From: Candidatus Hermodarchaeota archaeon
GTDB lineage: Archaea > Asgardarchaeota > Hermodarchaeia > Hermodarchaeales > Hermodarchaeaceae
Direction: 5' to 3'
Assembly (NCBI GenBank): GCA_016840065.1
Contig: JAEOTB010000078.1
Location: 1-40,799, forward strand
Length of the DNA: 40,799 bases
Of this stretch, positions 27,388-36,822 are shown one piece after another. The notes under the pieces were generated by a model. The model was given only the letters and a program-made list of their open reading frames with translations, did no database searches and was not told where the DNA came from. Within the stretch, counting starts at the first letter, position 1. The number at the start of each line of letters is the position of its first letter. A program made the position numbers and the translations under genes.

Positions 27388-27813
27388 ATACCACGTGGAA
27401 GAAGGAAATCAACTGCAATCCTCGTTGATAGTTCGATAACAGTATCAAGTGCAATGCTATTGCCACAACTTCGGATTCTAGTGGAGGAAAAGATAGGACG
27501 TATAAAAGTTGCAAAGGTAGTGCTGTTACAAGAACAGGCTCAAGAATATTCAGAAGAAATTACCCAAAACGGATTTCTTCCTGTGATTGTACACGACGAT
27601 TTGGATGTTCATTTTGCACTAGAGGCAATGGAACTCGTCTATAATGAGAAGATACAAATTATTGTCATCGTTACAGAAAATAGGAATTTGCTCCCACTTC
27701 TAGTTAAGGCACAAGAATTAGGAAAAGAAATCAACCTTATCCAAATAGGTGACACTCCAAATAACGGTTTACAAAACGCAGCTGATCATGTCTTCCCAAT
27801 GAAGATTAGTTAA
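27388..27813 (+). CDS. NYN-domain (PIN-like, TIGR00288-like) protein, probably catalytically degenerate; ATA start proposed
   Basis: The frame is open from ATA 27388 and includes strand 1 TAILVD upstream of ATG 27454. DLDVHFALEAME, LPLLVKAQELGKE, LQNAADHV. Confidence 0.75.
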   Translation: MPRGRRKSTAILVDSSITVSSAMLLPQLRILVEEKIGRIKVAKVVLLQEQAQEYSEEITQNGFLPVIVHDDLDVHFALEAMELVYNEKIQIIVIVTENRNLLPLLVKAQELGKEINLIQIGDTPNNGLQNAADHVFPMKIS

Positions 27814-27816
27814 TCA

Positions 27817-28710
27817 CTATAGAAGTCCACGCTTCATCAGAAGTGAGAACTCTTCCATTGTCAGCTTCTCGCCCCGTTTGAATTTCTCCAAAGCAGTACT
27901 TGCCTTTTGTTCAAGGCGTTCCTCCATAACTTGAAGCTTTTCTAGACGTTGTCTCAGACGAACCTCGCCAATCTCCTTTCGAAGTCGAGCCGACTCCTGT
28001 TTAGCTTCAATGAAGCGTCGGTGCGACTCGTCAGCCTCACGACGGACTTCTAAGTAGCGCCGGTGGGCTTCATCAGCACGCTTCCTTAACACGTCTACTT
28101 CAGCATAAGCTTCAATCATGTGCTGATTTTCTTCTTGTGATTGGCGAGCAAATTCTAATACAGAGTTATGATGAGCGTTCATAAGAAGGCGAAGGTCCTC
28201 TATCTCACCGCGCGCACGAACACTTTCCTGTCTCTTCGACAGCATTTGCTCTGCTATCTCCAAGTCCCCTTCTATAAGAGCGATTTGTTCAATGAGTTCC
28301 CGTTCTTGCTTTAAATCTAAAACAGATGTCTGTAGAGTCCATTCGAGCTCTCGTACCCTTTTTCGTAGGACATGCACTGGAGTTGTTACAACGTCCTTGA
28401 TTTTTTCAGCCACTTCTTCAGTATCCTGACGCTCACCAATCTTTGCCTTAAGTTTTTGGTGAACCTCATCGCGTTGAATTTTGAAATCAGCTACCTTCTG
28501 ATTATACTCATCCCGTTTCTCGCGATGTTCCCTTGCTTTAGCTAGCCATTCTGCTACGAGAGAATTAAGGCGATCACGTTCCTTTACTAGCTCTTGTGCC
28601 TCTTTGTTGAGCTGGTCACGTTTTTCTCGGAGCTGGTCTGCAAGCCGACTAATTTCTGCAAGCCGAAGTACAACATCCTCAGTCTTGCTAGTTTCAGCCT
28701 TACTAGCCAA
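27817..28710 (-). CDS. Conserved archaeal coiled-coil protein (COG1340-like)
   Basis: Repeated KRD.LN heptads, LEWTLQTSVL...ERELIEQI, ADEAH, C-terminal KFKRGEKLTMEEF. Confidence 0.85.
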   Translation of the reverse strand: MASKAETSKTEDVVLRLAEISRLADQLREKRDQLNKEAQELVKERDRLNSLVAEWLAKAREHREKRDEYNQKVADFKIQRDEVHQKLKAKIGERQDTEEVAEKIKDVVTTPVHVLRKRVRELEWTLQTSVLDLKQERELIEQIALIEGDLEIAEQMLSKRQESVRARGEIEDLRLLMNAHHNSVLEFARQSQEENQHMIEAYAEVDVLRKRADEAHRRYLEVRREADESHRRFIEAKQESARLRKEIGEVRLRQRLEKLQVMEERLEQKASTALEKFKRGEKLTMEEFSLLMKRGLL

Positions 28711-28821
28711 TAATTAACCACCTAGGGTGTTCAACGGGTGAAAAGGTCTTTTGTGGCTAATGCTTTTAAGATTAACGGCGCTGCACCCTTCTTTTCCTTG
28801 AAATGAATTCCTAAAGACAAA

Positions 28822-29535
28822 TCACGTCTTTTCTTCTAGGATTATCCGAGCATCGACGCATTTAGCGCCTTTTGGATAGGAGAAAACTGGATTAAGATCC
28901 AGTTCATTGATTTCTGGATAATCGGTGACCAGCTTTGACACTTGAAGGAGGATGTTGACAATGGCATCAATATCACAAGGTTCTTTTCCACGAATACCTG
29001 TCAAAATAGGATAGCCCTTAATTTCTGTAATCATCTCTCTCGCATCATAAGGTATGATAGGCGCAACGCGAAAACTTACATCCTTCAGAACCTCAACGAA
29101 AATCCCTCCTAATCCGAAAAGCAAAGTATTACCGAACTGTTTATCTTTTATAGAACCTATTATTATTTCAACGCCTTGTTTCGCGAATTCCTGGACGATT
29201 ACTCCTGTGATACGAGCACCCTGTTTGTATTTTTCAGCGTTAGCGAGAATTTGTTGGTAGGCAGCCCTTACTTCGTCAGCTGTTTGCAGATTCAGGAACA
29301 CGCCACCTGCGTCGCTTTTATGGAGGATATCAGGGCTCAGCACCTTTAGCACTACAGCACCTATTTCTGATGCTAGTTGTACTGCTTCTTCCTCAGTAGT
29401 TGCGACACCGAACTTTGTGACTGGAATCCCGTATTCCTGCATAATGGCCTTTGACTCGTGTTCTAGAAGGAAGGTACGGTTTTCGGCTCTTGCGGTTGCT
29501 ATTATTTCCTTGGTTTTGGACAAGGTATTCACCAA
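28822..29535 (-). CDS. ADP-forming acyl-CoA synthetase beta subunit (ATP-grasp)
   Basis: LLEHESK, VLKVLSPDILHKSDAGGV, FGLGGIFVEVLKDVSFR, ELDLNPV, VDARI. The start may be TTG 29523. Confidence 0.92.
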   Translation of the reverse strand: MVNTLSKTKEIIATARAENRTFLLEHESKAIMQEYGIPVTKFGVATTEEEAVQLASEIGAVVLKVLSPDILHKSDAGGVFLNLQTADEVRAAYQQILANAEKYKQGARITGVIVQEFAKQGVEIIIGSIKDKQFGNTLLFGLGGIFVEVLKDVSFRVAPIIPYDAREMITEIKGYPILTGIRGKEPCDIDAIVNILLQVSKLVTDYPEINELDLNPVFSYPKGAKCVDARIILEEKT

Positions 29536-29618
29536 TGAAGTAAATCTTTTGCTCCTACACTTAAGCCTAATTAAAGATAATTGCTCTACAAGATTTACTT
29601 CAAGAATAAGGAAGGCAA

Positions 29619-30398
29619 CTACCTGAAATGTTCAAAACCCTCACCGCCAGTTAAAGTATTAGATATCTGGGTGAACAGAATATCCAAGTTTCCATTTGTT
29701 TTTGAGGAAACAGGGGTGACGTTTGACTCGGCAAATATTCGCTGAAGTGTACGATATAATTCGCTAGTTAGTTCACCTTGGAGTTGGTTTCTTGACTTCT
29801 CGACATCGAAAACAAGCTGATCAACATCATCAAGCCAAGCCATTATGTGTTCCAATTCAGTTTCTGATAACAAATCTGCTCTAGATAATACATTTAGTTG
29901 TGGTAAGTTAAAGCGTACAAGCACTGAGGCAGACAGGAGCAAAGAAGAGACGAACCCCGCAGGCGTTCTCGCTAGCGCAGAATCGATGAGAAATAAAAGC
30001 ATCTTTCTTTCACCGCCCACAGAAGATACTATGATTGGGCCTGTTTCACGGAAGGCAAACAATTCTATTTGACCTGGAGTGTCAAATAATACAAAGTCAG
30101 TACCAAGATCATCTATTTCATCCTTTAGCGTGTCTAGATGTGCACTCATAAGATCTATGGAAGCTATGAGCCCGCCGTTTGGACCAAGATTATATTTTCC
30201 CATCACTTCTTGAAGAGAAACATAATCCCGAATATCAATATCAGGTGAGTAGGGTAACAAAACAACTCCAGGGTCAAGATTAACAGTAGCTGCACTGATT
30301 TTAGCGTCTTGTAACCATTGAGCGAAAACGCCTGTGAGCGCAGATTTACCCGCTCCCGCTGTCCCGACGAAATAAAGTGAATGTACCATCAGAGTCAC
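29619..30398 (-). CDS. GPN-loop GTPase
   Basis: GTAGAGKS, VNLDPG, LGPNGG, DTPGQIELF. Confidence 0.93.
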   Translation of the reverse strand: MTLMVHSLYFVGTAGAGKSALTGVFAQWLQDAKISAATVNLDPGVVLLPYSPDIDIRDYVSLQEVMGKYNLGPNGGLIASIDLMSAHLDTLKDEIDDLGTDFVLFDTPGQIELFAFRETGPIIVSSVGGERKMLLFLIDSALARTPAGFVSSLLLSASVLVRFNLPQLNVLSRADLLSETELEHIMAWLDDVDQLVFDVEKSRNQLQGELTSELYRTLQRIFAESNVTPVSSKTNGNLDILFTQISNTLTGGEGFEHFR

Positions 30399-31144
30399 AT
30401 CTCAACTTGGAATCTTCGCAGTGTTTTGATAAGGACATCGATATCTTCAATCTTTAAGAGAAATAGAGGGATTTTTTCCATTTCAGCAATCTTTCTGGCT
30501 ACCTCGTCAACCTCCTTCAAGCCATGGAGGATAACAATCGAGGGACGCACTGCAGTTCCTAAACCCATTTGAGAAGTTCTTATAGCAACCATTGGTGAGC
30601 GTCCTGTACTGACATTAGTGAAAATCGCTGCTCTATGAGGCGTTGCTCCATATAACCTTAGCATTTGTTCTGGTGAAAGCTGAAGAATTGCTCGCAGACT
30701 ATCGATTGCTGTATACCCATAAATTTCCCGGGAAGGAAGAGAATCCTCTACAACCACCTCACAATCCAAGAAATCGATAAATTGCTTAGAGAGAATTGGA
30801 ACTAAAAATTCACGTGTGTCCAATAGAACATCAGATGGAATCTCTTCATCAAGAAGACGAATGAACGCACGAACGATATGACCGCCACGCCTCTCATCAA
30901 TAGCGATTAGACTTTCAGCGAACTTTCGAATAGTATCAACACGTGGCGATTTACGACGTCCACTCTCATAATCACTGACTACAGAAGGAGAGATGCCAAG
31001 ATACTCAGCTAACACATTTTGAGAGACATTGAATTGTTCTCGCCACTTACGCATAACTCGACCAGGATTTTCAGCCAAGGAAATCTCCCCGGCGATATTC
31101 CTTAGCAGAGCTTGAATATTCATTTTTGATACCATCATCTCCAC
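30395..31144 (-). CDS. Archaeal XRE-HTH transcriptional regulator (COG1709-like)
   Basis: IAGEI...PGRVMRKWRE, ISPSVVSDYESGRRKSP, FTNVSTGRSPMVAIR. Confidence 0.9.
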   Translation of the reverse strand: MEMMVSKMNIQALLRNIAGEISLAENPGRVMRKWREQFNVSQNVLAEYLGISPSVVSDYESGRRKSPRVDTIRKFAESLIAIDERRGGHIVRAFIRLLDEEIPSDVLLDTREFLVPILSKQFIDFLDCEVVVEDSLPSREIYGYTAIDSLRAILQLSPEQMLRLYGATPHRAAIFTNVSTGRSPMVAIRTSQMGLGTAVRPSIVILHGLKEVDEVARKIAEMEKIPLFLLKIEDIDVLIKTLRRFQVEM

Positions 31145-31242
31145 TGAACCCCCAATCGCTCTTAAATAGTATGCCGGAAGATACCGACGCTTTTATAGAT
31201 GAAGAAACACCTCGCTTTTGATACTCCAATAGGTGAAGTGCC

Positions 31243-32028
31243 TTGCAGACTACCTTTCCAACAACAATCGATCTTCTTGTACTTGTTATAGCATATTGTT
31301 ACGTATTCACCATAATCGGAATTGGTGAACTCCTTCGCCGCCTACGTGGTTACTCGCCATCACTAACGCGGAAGATAATCCACCTTGGCGCAGGTTTTTC
31401 AGTTTTTACGGTTCCTTTCTACACTCATGCATGGACAGCGATTATTGTTGCTGTCTCGTTCGTACTACTGATCTTTCTTGCTTCGCCGAAGAGTCCTGTG
31501 AGCAGCTTAAGAGCGATGTTTGAGGTAATGGCACGCGAAGGAGACTACTTGTCTGGTCACATATGGGGACCCTTTCTTTATGCAATCTCGATAACAATAC
31601 TAGTATCAATTTTCACTCTGATTCCGAGCTTAACCCAATTCTTTATTTTTCCTGCCATGGCCCTCACAGCGATGTATCTGGGCGATGGTTTAGCACCAAT
31701 AATTGGCGTTAAATACGGAAAGCATCGATATACAATCGGTAAATCGACTCGGAGTGTTGAAGGTTCTCTTGTTGTATTCTTCGCTACGATAGCAGGAGCA
31801 CTCCTTTGTTTCTTCTTCTTTGATTGGTTCGCTAGTGGTGGCATACCAACATATGACTTCTTTCAGATAGCAATCTTGACAATTACTTGTAGTATTTCAG
31901 CTACAATGATTGAAGGTGTAAGCCCTTCAGGCGCCGATAACATTACCGTTCCCCTCTTAACAACGGTAATCATCTTATGCACAGCGATTATTATTCATCC
32001 GCCTTTACTGTCTAGCATTATACCCTAG
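31243..32028 (+). CDS. Membrane polyprenol (dolichol/phytol) kinase family protein
   Basis: Multiple TM segments; TRKIIH, GDGLAPIIG..YG, RSVEGS, E...G.DNITVP. TTG start after AGGTGA. Confidence 0.88.
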   Translation: MQTTFPTTIDLLVLVIAYCYVFTIIGIGELLRRLRGYSPSLTRKIIHLGAGFSVFTVPFYTHAWTAIIVAVSFVLLIFLASPKSPVSSLRAMFEVMAREGDYLSGHIWGPFLYAISITILVSIFTLIPSLTQFFIFPAMALTAMYLGDGLAPIIGVKYGKHRYTIGKSTRSVEGSLVVFFATIAGALLCFFFFDWFASGGIPTYDFFQIAILTITCSISATMIEGVSPSGADNITVPLLTTVIILCTAIIIHPPLLSSIIP

Positions 32029-32601
32029 TCAATCACTGCTTTCCATTATTTTCCTTATCAGTGACCTAGTATATTGCAGTACACGCTGCATAGATGCTTT
32101 GTAGGGCTCATCTTCCCCGTATCTGTTTAATAATTTAGAGACTCGGTTCCGTACCTTTGGTATCCATTGTGATAACGAATTAATACCGCCCCAGTGATAC
32201 AAACCAAGTTTGTCAGCTACGCAAACAATTTTTTCCTCCCATGTTTCGGGTAGAAAACTTCGGTGTGGCAGGCCGACGAGTTTTGCCTCCAGTGCAGTAA
32301 ATCCTCCAAGCACATGACGTTCAACCACTCGTATTACTTCCCCAGAGCATTCTTCCTTATGGAGAATCAGACCACCAATCATACCATGTGTGACATCATG
32401 AGTCTGAGCACGCCCAATGTCATGAAGAAAAGCGCCAATGCTAACAAGAGCTATGTCAACTTCAATGTATTGTGATATCTTTTCTGCAATGTATACTGCT
32501 TTGCTCTGTGTCGCTAAACAATGTTTCAAAACCCTCTTATCATAAACATAATGTTCTAGGAGATTTCGATAACATTTAGGGATAGGAATAAGGCGCGGCA
32601 T
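32029..32601 (-). CDS. HD-domain (HDIG) metal-dependent phosphohydrolase, TIGR00295-like
   Basis: HC, LHDIGR, HGMIGG, ERHVLGG, PETWEEKIVCVADK. Start moved to ATG 32601 to avoid head-to-head overlap with nurA. Confidence 0.88.
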   Translation of the reverse strand: MPRLIPIPKCYRNLLEHYVYDKRVLKHCLATQSKAVYIAEKISQYIEVDIALVSIGAFLHDIGRAQTHDVTHGMIGGLILHKEECSGEVIRVVERHVLGGFTALEAKLVGLPHRSFLPETWEEKIVCVADKLGLYHWGGINSLSQWIPKVRNRVSKLLNRYGEDEPYKASMQRVLQYTRSLIRKIMESSD

Positions 32602-32679
32602 TCTGTTTTTATAGCAGTCGAAGAGGTTTTTATGCATCATTGTAATGGTACACTGATGATATTTCGATAATTTTTTTCT

Positions 32680-33855
32680 GTGATGGAAGTGAGTCGTATC
32701 CACAACCCTTGGGAACTTGATGAAGTTCTTCAGAAAATAGCAGATCAGGTTCAGGCACTGGAAGAGAAGCGGAGTGCCTTCACTTCAGTTCTTCACTCAA
32801 CTAGATTCGACATTGATCTCTGTGCTGAACTCCCTCTTGCAAAGCATAGTCTTGTCGAAGGCAAGCTAGCTGTTAAGCTACCACCAACTGATTTAGGGGG
32901 GTTACGAATTTGCGGGATAGATGGTGGACTTCTGAAGAAATCCCTACGCGGGATAGAGCTTGTGATTACAAGAGCAATTGCTACAATCTTCGAGTACAGC
33001 CCTTCGGGTCATGTCTCTGCTAAATATTGGCCTCAGGAGGGGGCACTACCAAGAATTAAAGCAAATCTATACCCGATATCACGACGAGAAGCTGAGATTA
33101 GTGCCTCTCTCGAAAGAGTGAAGGAAGAACTACAAGTAGCCATTCGGGTGCAGGACCGGCATCCTTCTGAACTCCTGTTAATTGACGGGTCAATTCTGCC
33201 CCAAATCACTGACCAGCCATCATCCCATTCAACCTTAGTAAATCAACATAAAGAAATTCGTTCACTTTATGACGGTTTATACACAAAGGCTGAAGATACT
33301 GGAACCTTACTAGCAGGTATTGTAAAAGATAGTCGGAGCAACCGTTTCATGAACTTGTTGGGTGAACTCTTACCACATCTAATGAAACGATATCCGCAAC
33401 TAGCAGCACTTCAAGAGTGTGATTACCGCACAGCCTTGAGAAGTATATATGACAGCGAGTTCTTTTTCCGGATACTGGAACCAGGTGAACGATCCTGTAT
33501 TTTCCGTCTAGAAGAAGCTACACCTGCTGAGTTAAAAGCTCAGAAAGGAATTAAGGCTGTACAGAAGAGAACTGTCGTTGGTTTTTACACTAGAACGGCA
33601 AAATACGATTATCCTCTCAGAGTAGAGGTATTAGTGCCCAAACACTACAATCCAGAAGAAGTGGTTACAAAGGTAAGCCTTATGCTTTCCTCAGATAATG
33701 ATTCACTCGCTTTACCTTCAGTCATAATCGAGGCTGATTCACAAGCACGGCTAGTTGAACGTGATATGGATTTCATATTCACTCAGCTTGCTCAACGCAT
33801 AGGCCACCCACCAAATTTCTTAAAACAAAGGCGGGAGCGAATGCCATTCCACTAG
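32680..33855 (+). CDS. nurA: NurA 5'-3' nuclease
   Basis: GIDGG, LERVKEE, LLIDGS, GIVKDS, PLRVE, PSVIIEAD..ARL; upstream of herA. Confidence 0.88.
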   Translation: MMEVSRIHNPWELDEVLQKIADQVQALEEKRSAFTSVLHSTRFDIDLCAELPLAKHSLVEGKLAVKLPPTDLGGLRICGIDGGLLKKSLRGIELVITRAIATIFEYSPSGHVSAKYWPQEGALPRIKANLYPISRREAEISASLERVKEELQVAIRVQDRHPSELLLIDGSILPQITDQPSSHSTLVNQHKEIRSLYDGLYTKAEDTGTLLAGIVKDSRSNRFMNLLGELLPHLMKRYPQLAALQECDYRTALRSIYDSEFFFRILEPGERSCIFRLEEATPAELKAQKGIKAVQKRTVVGFYTRTAKYDYPLRVEVLVPKHYNPEEVVTKVSLMLSSDNDSLALPSVIIEADSQARLVERDMDFIFTQLAQRIGHPPNFLKQRRERMPFH

Positions 33856-33871
33856 ATGCAATGGTGATGAT

Positions 33872-35395
33872 ATGATAATAAGCGATATCTTGGGAACGAT
33901 AGTATGTCACCAAGACGGTACTCCGAACACTGAAAAATTCTATTTTATAGTGGGTGGACTAGACCTTCAAGAAGAACGTACACCTGTTCACATTGGACAG
34001 TATGTGTCTGTTAAAACTGATGAAGGACTTATTATCGCCCATGTAGAAAAAGTTCAAAAAACTAACCGATACTTTTCACAAATTGATGCTGTCAGCGATT
34101 TCACTAGAACAGGGAAGCCTTTTAGTGGTATCTTTCCAGTTGATCGCTGGGAATATCTGCTTGCGGAAGCCAAACCACTAGGGCTCTTCAAAGAGGGAAG
34201 AGTGCAACGACTGACCTATCCACCATCCCCTGGAGCACAAGTTCGTATACCAGACACTAAAGTACTGTCTGATTTCCTTGGCTTTTCAGCTCAAGGCTTG
34301 CATCTAGGCTCACTTCTATTTCATGACATTCCCGCTATCTTCAATCTAACGCGGATGTTTCAGAAACACGTAGCCCTACTAGCAATGAGCGGGGCGGGGA
34401 AGAGCTATACTGCAGCTGTAATGATTGAGGAGCTACTTTTACGCAGGTCAGAAGATGGACGACCAGCCATCCTCATTCTAGATGTCCACGGAGAATACAG
34501 TGGATTAGAAGAATCTCACTCATCTAGCGGAGCTAAATTTGAGGACAAAATCACTGTAATCCGTAGCCCCCTAATCGAGTTGGCTACACCGAAGCTGAAC
34601 TCAACTGATTTTGCGCGATACTCGCCTGAAATGAGTGGAATCCAAGTCCGTGAATTAACACGCATAATACGAACGCTCCGCAAAGCACGAAAAGGAAAAA
34701 CCTATGGTCTCGACGACCTAATAGCAGCCATAGAAAACGACCCCTCTGGTAATGTTCGCACGCGAGAAGCATTACTAGGTTGGCTCGATAATCTACATCG
34801 TTTGCGACTGTTTGGTAGGACCTCAACCCCTAATTGGTCAAAGATTATGATTCCTGGAAAAGCAGTAATCCTTGATATGAGCGACACCATTAGTCTCCGG
34901 AAGAAACAGATAATCGCAGCAGAAATAATACAGCAACTGTTTTACCTTCGACGGGAGAATGAAATACCTCCAACCATTGTACTTGTAGAGGAGGCACACC
35001 AATTCTGCCCAGAGGCACGGCGAGGGCTTGCATATTCGAAAGGCATCCTTGAAACTGTCGCACGGGAAGGTCGGAAGTACAATCTCGGGCTTGCCCTTAT
35101 CAGCCAACGCCCCGTCCGCCTGTCAACGACGGTCCTGAGTCAATGTGGAACGAATATTTTCCTTAGAATCACAAACCCGAATGATCTGGATCATCTCAAA
35201 TCCAGCTCTGAGCAGATCACAAGATCTACTCTTGCTTCAATTTCCAGTCTAAGTGTTGGCGAGGCTCTTGTAGTGGGTCAGGGAACAAGGTTCCCAGTTT
35301 TCATAAAAGTTAGACCCAGGCTAACAAAAGAAACAGGGTTTGGCGATGATTTTGAAACCGTTGCAAAGAGATTTGACAAAGAAGGAAATCGATAG
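33872..35395 (+). CDS. herA: HerA helicase/translocase
   Basis: N-terminal HAS barrel, KHVALLAMSGAGKSY, LDVHGEY, VEEAHQF, AREGRKY, SQRP, D...L...LSVGEA. Confidence 0.92.
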   Translation: MIISDILGTIVCHQDGTPNTEKFYFIVGGLDLQEERTPVHIGQYVSVKTDEGLIIAHVEKVQKTNRYFSQIDAVSDFTRTGKPFSGIFPVDRWEYLLAEAKPLGLFKEGRVQRLTYPPSPGAQVRIPDTKVLSDFLGFSAQGLHLGSLLFHDIPAIFNLTRMFQKHVALLAMSGAGKSYTAAVMIEELLLRRSEDGRPAILILDVHGEYSGLEESHSSSGAKFEDKITVIRSPLIELATPKLNSTDFARYSPEMSGIQVRELTRIIRTLRKARKGKTYGLDDLIAAIENDPSGNVRTREALLGWLDNLHRLRLFGRTSTPNWSKIMIPGKAVILDMSDTISLRKKQIIAAEIIQQLFYLRRENEIPPTIVLVEEAHQFCPEARRGLAYSKGILETVAREGRKYNLGLALISQRPVRLSTTVLSQCGTNIFLRITNPNDLDHLKSSSEQITRSTLASISSLSVGEALVVGQGTRFPVFIKVRPRLTKETGFGDDFETVAKRFDKEGNR

Positions 35396-35677
35396 TTAGA
35401 TAACAGCATTAATTATAACTTGTTTCACTGCTGGCTCACAGACCTTGCGCACTCCATGTTCGCCAGGCTCGTAGTGGCTTTTTAGTAATCCAGCCCTCTC
35501 TAGAATCTTAACCTGAGCACTGATGTTGGCTTCTGTTTGTTTGAGAGCTTCAGCGATGCGGCTAACATCCATTGATTTGTCACGGAGAAGAGAAATAATA
35601 CGCCAGCGGGTCTGACTGGAAAGTGCCTTAGCTACCTGTGGAACATCTTCATCGGGAACTTCAAACCGTTCTTTCAA
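35396..35677 (-). CDS. ArsR/SmtB-family winged-helix regulator
   Basis: AKALSSQTRWRII, MDVSRIAEALKQTEANISAQVKILERAGLL, GEHGVRKVC. Confidence 0.9.
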   Translation of the reverse strand: MKERFEVPDEDVPQVAKALSSQTRWRIISLLRDKSMDVSRIAEALKQTEANISAQVKILERAGLLKSHYEPGEHGVRKVCEPAVKQVIINAVI

Positions 35678-35690
35678 CCTTTTTAGCCTC

Positions 35691-35798
35691 TATCAAATTT
35701 TATTATATTGATAAGAAAGTTCGGATATTCTCCTATTAATATTTTTGGGTGTCTAATTAATATTCTTAAAAGTAATCGTATATTGATTCAGACAATAT
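35691..35798. promoter_or_regulatory. AT-rich region with inverted and direct repeats upstream of the ArsR gene
   Basis: TATCAA-N11-TTGATA (35691-35713) and ATATTG-N7-CAATAT (35780-35798); TATATTGAT and ATTAATATT each occur twice. Confidence 0.45.
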
Positions 35799-35916
35799 GT
35801 TAAGTAATAAAGTACACGATTCAAGCGAGTATAGAATTCGTACTGCGTCATTCACCAACTCTTTTTTTATCGTCGTCGCCAATACTTTTTTTTAGCACGC
35901 TTAACCGCTTCTTTCA

Positions 35917-36822
35917 TTGATTGTTTTGCAACGAGTCGCTGAACTCATAAAGGGACTAAGAACAGAAGAAATCGCAATACTTCGCATCCTTGAAGAATTG
36001 TCAAAACGGTTCGAGTACATCCCTCTAGAGGAAGTAGGGAAAAAGACAGGACTAAGCCCTGATGACATACTCTTTCACCTTAGCTCTCTGAATAAACAGA
36101 AACTGGTCCAGCGTCGGATCAAACCCTATCTAGGATACAGGCTTGTCATTGCAGGATACGATGCTTTAGCACTTCACACTTTAGCTTCACAAGACAGCAT
36201 CATTTCAATTGGCCAACCTTTCGGTGTTGGGAAAGAAGCAACCGTATACAGTGCTCTCAATGCAGAAGGTGAAGAAGTAGCGGTGAAACTCCTACGTTGG
36301 GGGCGTACGAGCTTCCGTCAAGCACGGCGACTACGTCAGCTCCCCACTTCTTTTAGTGCTTCTTGGATTGACTACTGTAAGCATGCAGCTGAAAGGGAAT
36401 TTACAGCACTCCACACACTTACTCTCCACAAGGTACAAGTGCCGAAACCAATAGCCATTAATCGCCATGTTTTAGTTATGGCACGGATGGAAGGTACTTT
36501 GTTACTTGAAGTAAGAGACCTAAAACATCCACAACAAGTGCTGAACCAAATCCTCGACCAGGTTCGTAACGCCATTCAGCATGCCAAGATTGTGCATGGT
36601 GATTTAAGTGAATACAATATCATAATTGATGAGGAGAATCAAATAACACTTTTTGATTGGCCTCAATGGGTTTCAACACGGCATCCAAATGCACTTTCAA
36701 TACTCAGACGAGACATTTCTCACGTTATTAACTTCTTCAGACGACGGTTCCATTTTGCTATCGATTCTCAAGAAGCTTATCACAAGATAATACATGACAG
36801 CGGGCTGGTGCAAAAAGAATGA
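35917..36822 (+). CDS. rio2: RIO2 atypical protein kinase (ribosome biogenesis)
   Basis: N-terminal wHTH (FEYIP, GYRL...GYDALAL), GVGKE, VKLLRWGRTSF, HGDLSEYN, FDWPQ. Confidence 0.94.
   Translation: MIVLQRVAELIKGLRTEEIAILRILEELSKRFEYIPLEEVGKKTGLSPDDILFHLSSLNKQKLVQRRIKPYLGYRLVIAGYDALALHTLASQDSIISIGQPFGVGKEATVYSALNAEGEEVAVKLLRWGRTSFRQARRLRQLPTSFSASWIDYCKHAAEREFTALHTLTLHKVQVPKPIAINRHVLVMARMEGTLLLEVRDLKHPQQVLNQILDQVRNAIQHAKIVHGDLSEYNIIIDEENQITLFDWPQWVSTRHPNALSILRRDISHVINFFRRRFHFAIDSQEAYHKIIHDSGLVQKE

Noticed and set aside
27382-27390. TAG read-through (pyrrolysine recoding) at ATG TAG ATA
   Set aside because: TAG ends many genes here at their expected C-termini (rps8e, hypE after PRVC, uppS after RRFGR), and no pyl genes are present in the window.
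28822-29535. Orphan or pseudogenised acyl-CoA synthetase
   Set aside because: Separately encoded beta subunits shared by several alpha subunits are normal in archaea, and the catalytic HKSD motif is intact.
29619-30398. Inactive GPN GTPase because G4 reads SRAD
   Set aside because: G1, the GPN loop and G3 are intact, and a conservative K-to-R change is too little to claim loss of function.
32602-32703. N-terminal extension of the HD protein overlapping nurA
   Set aside because: It would overlap nurA head-to-head and remove the divergent promoter space; ATG 32601 fits the family.
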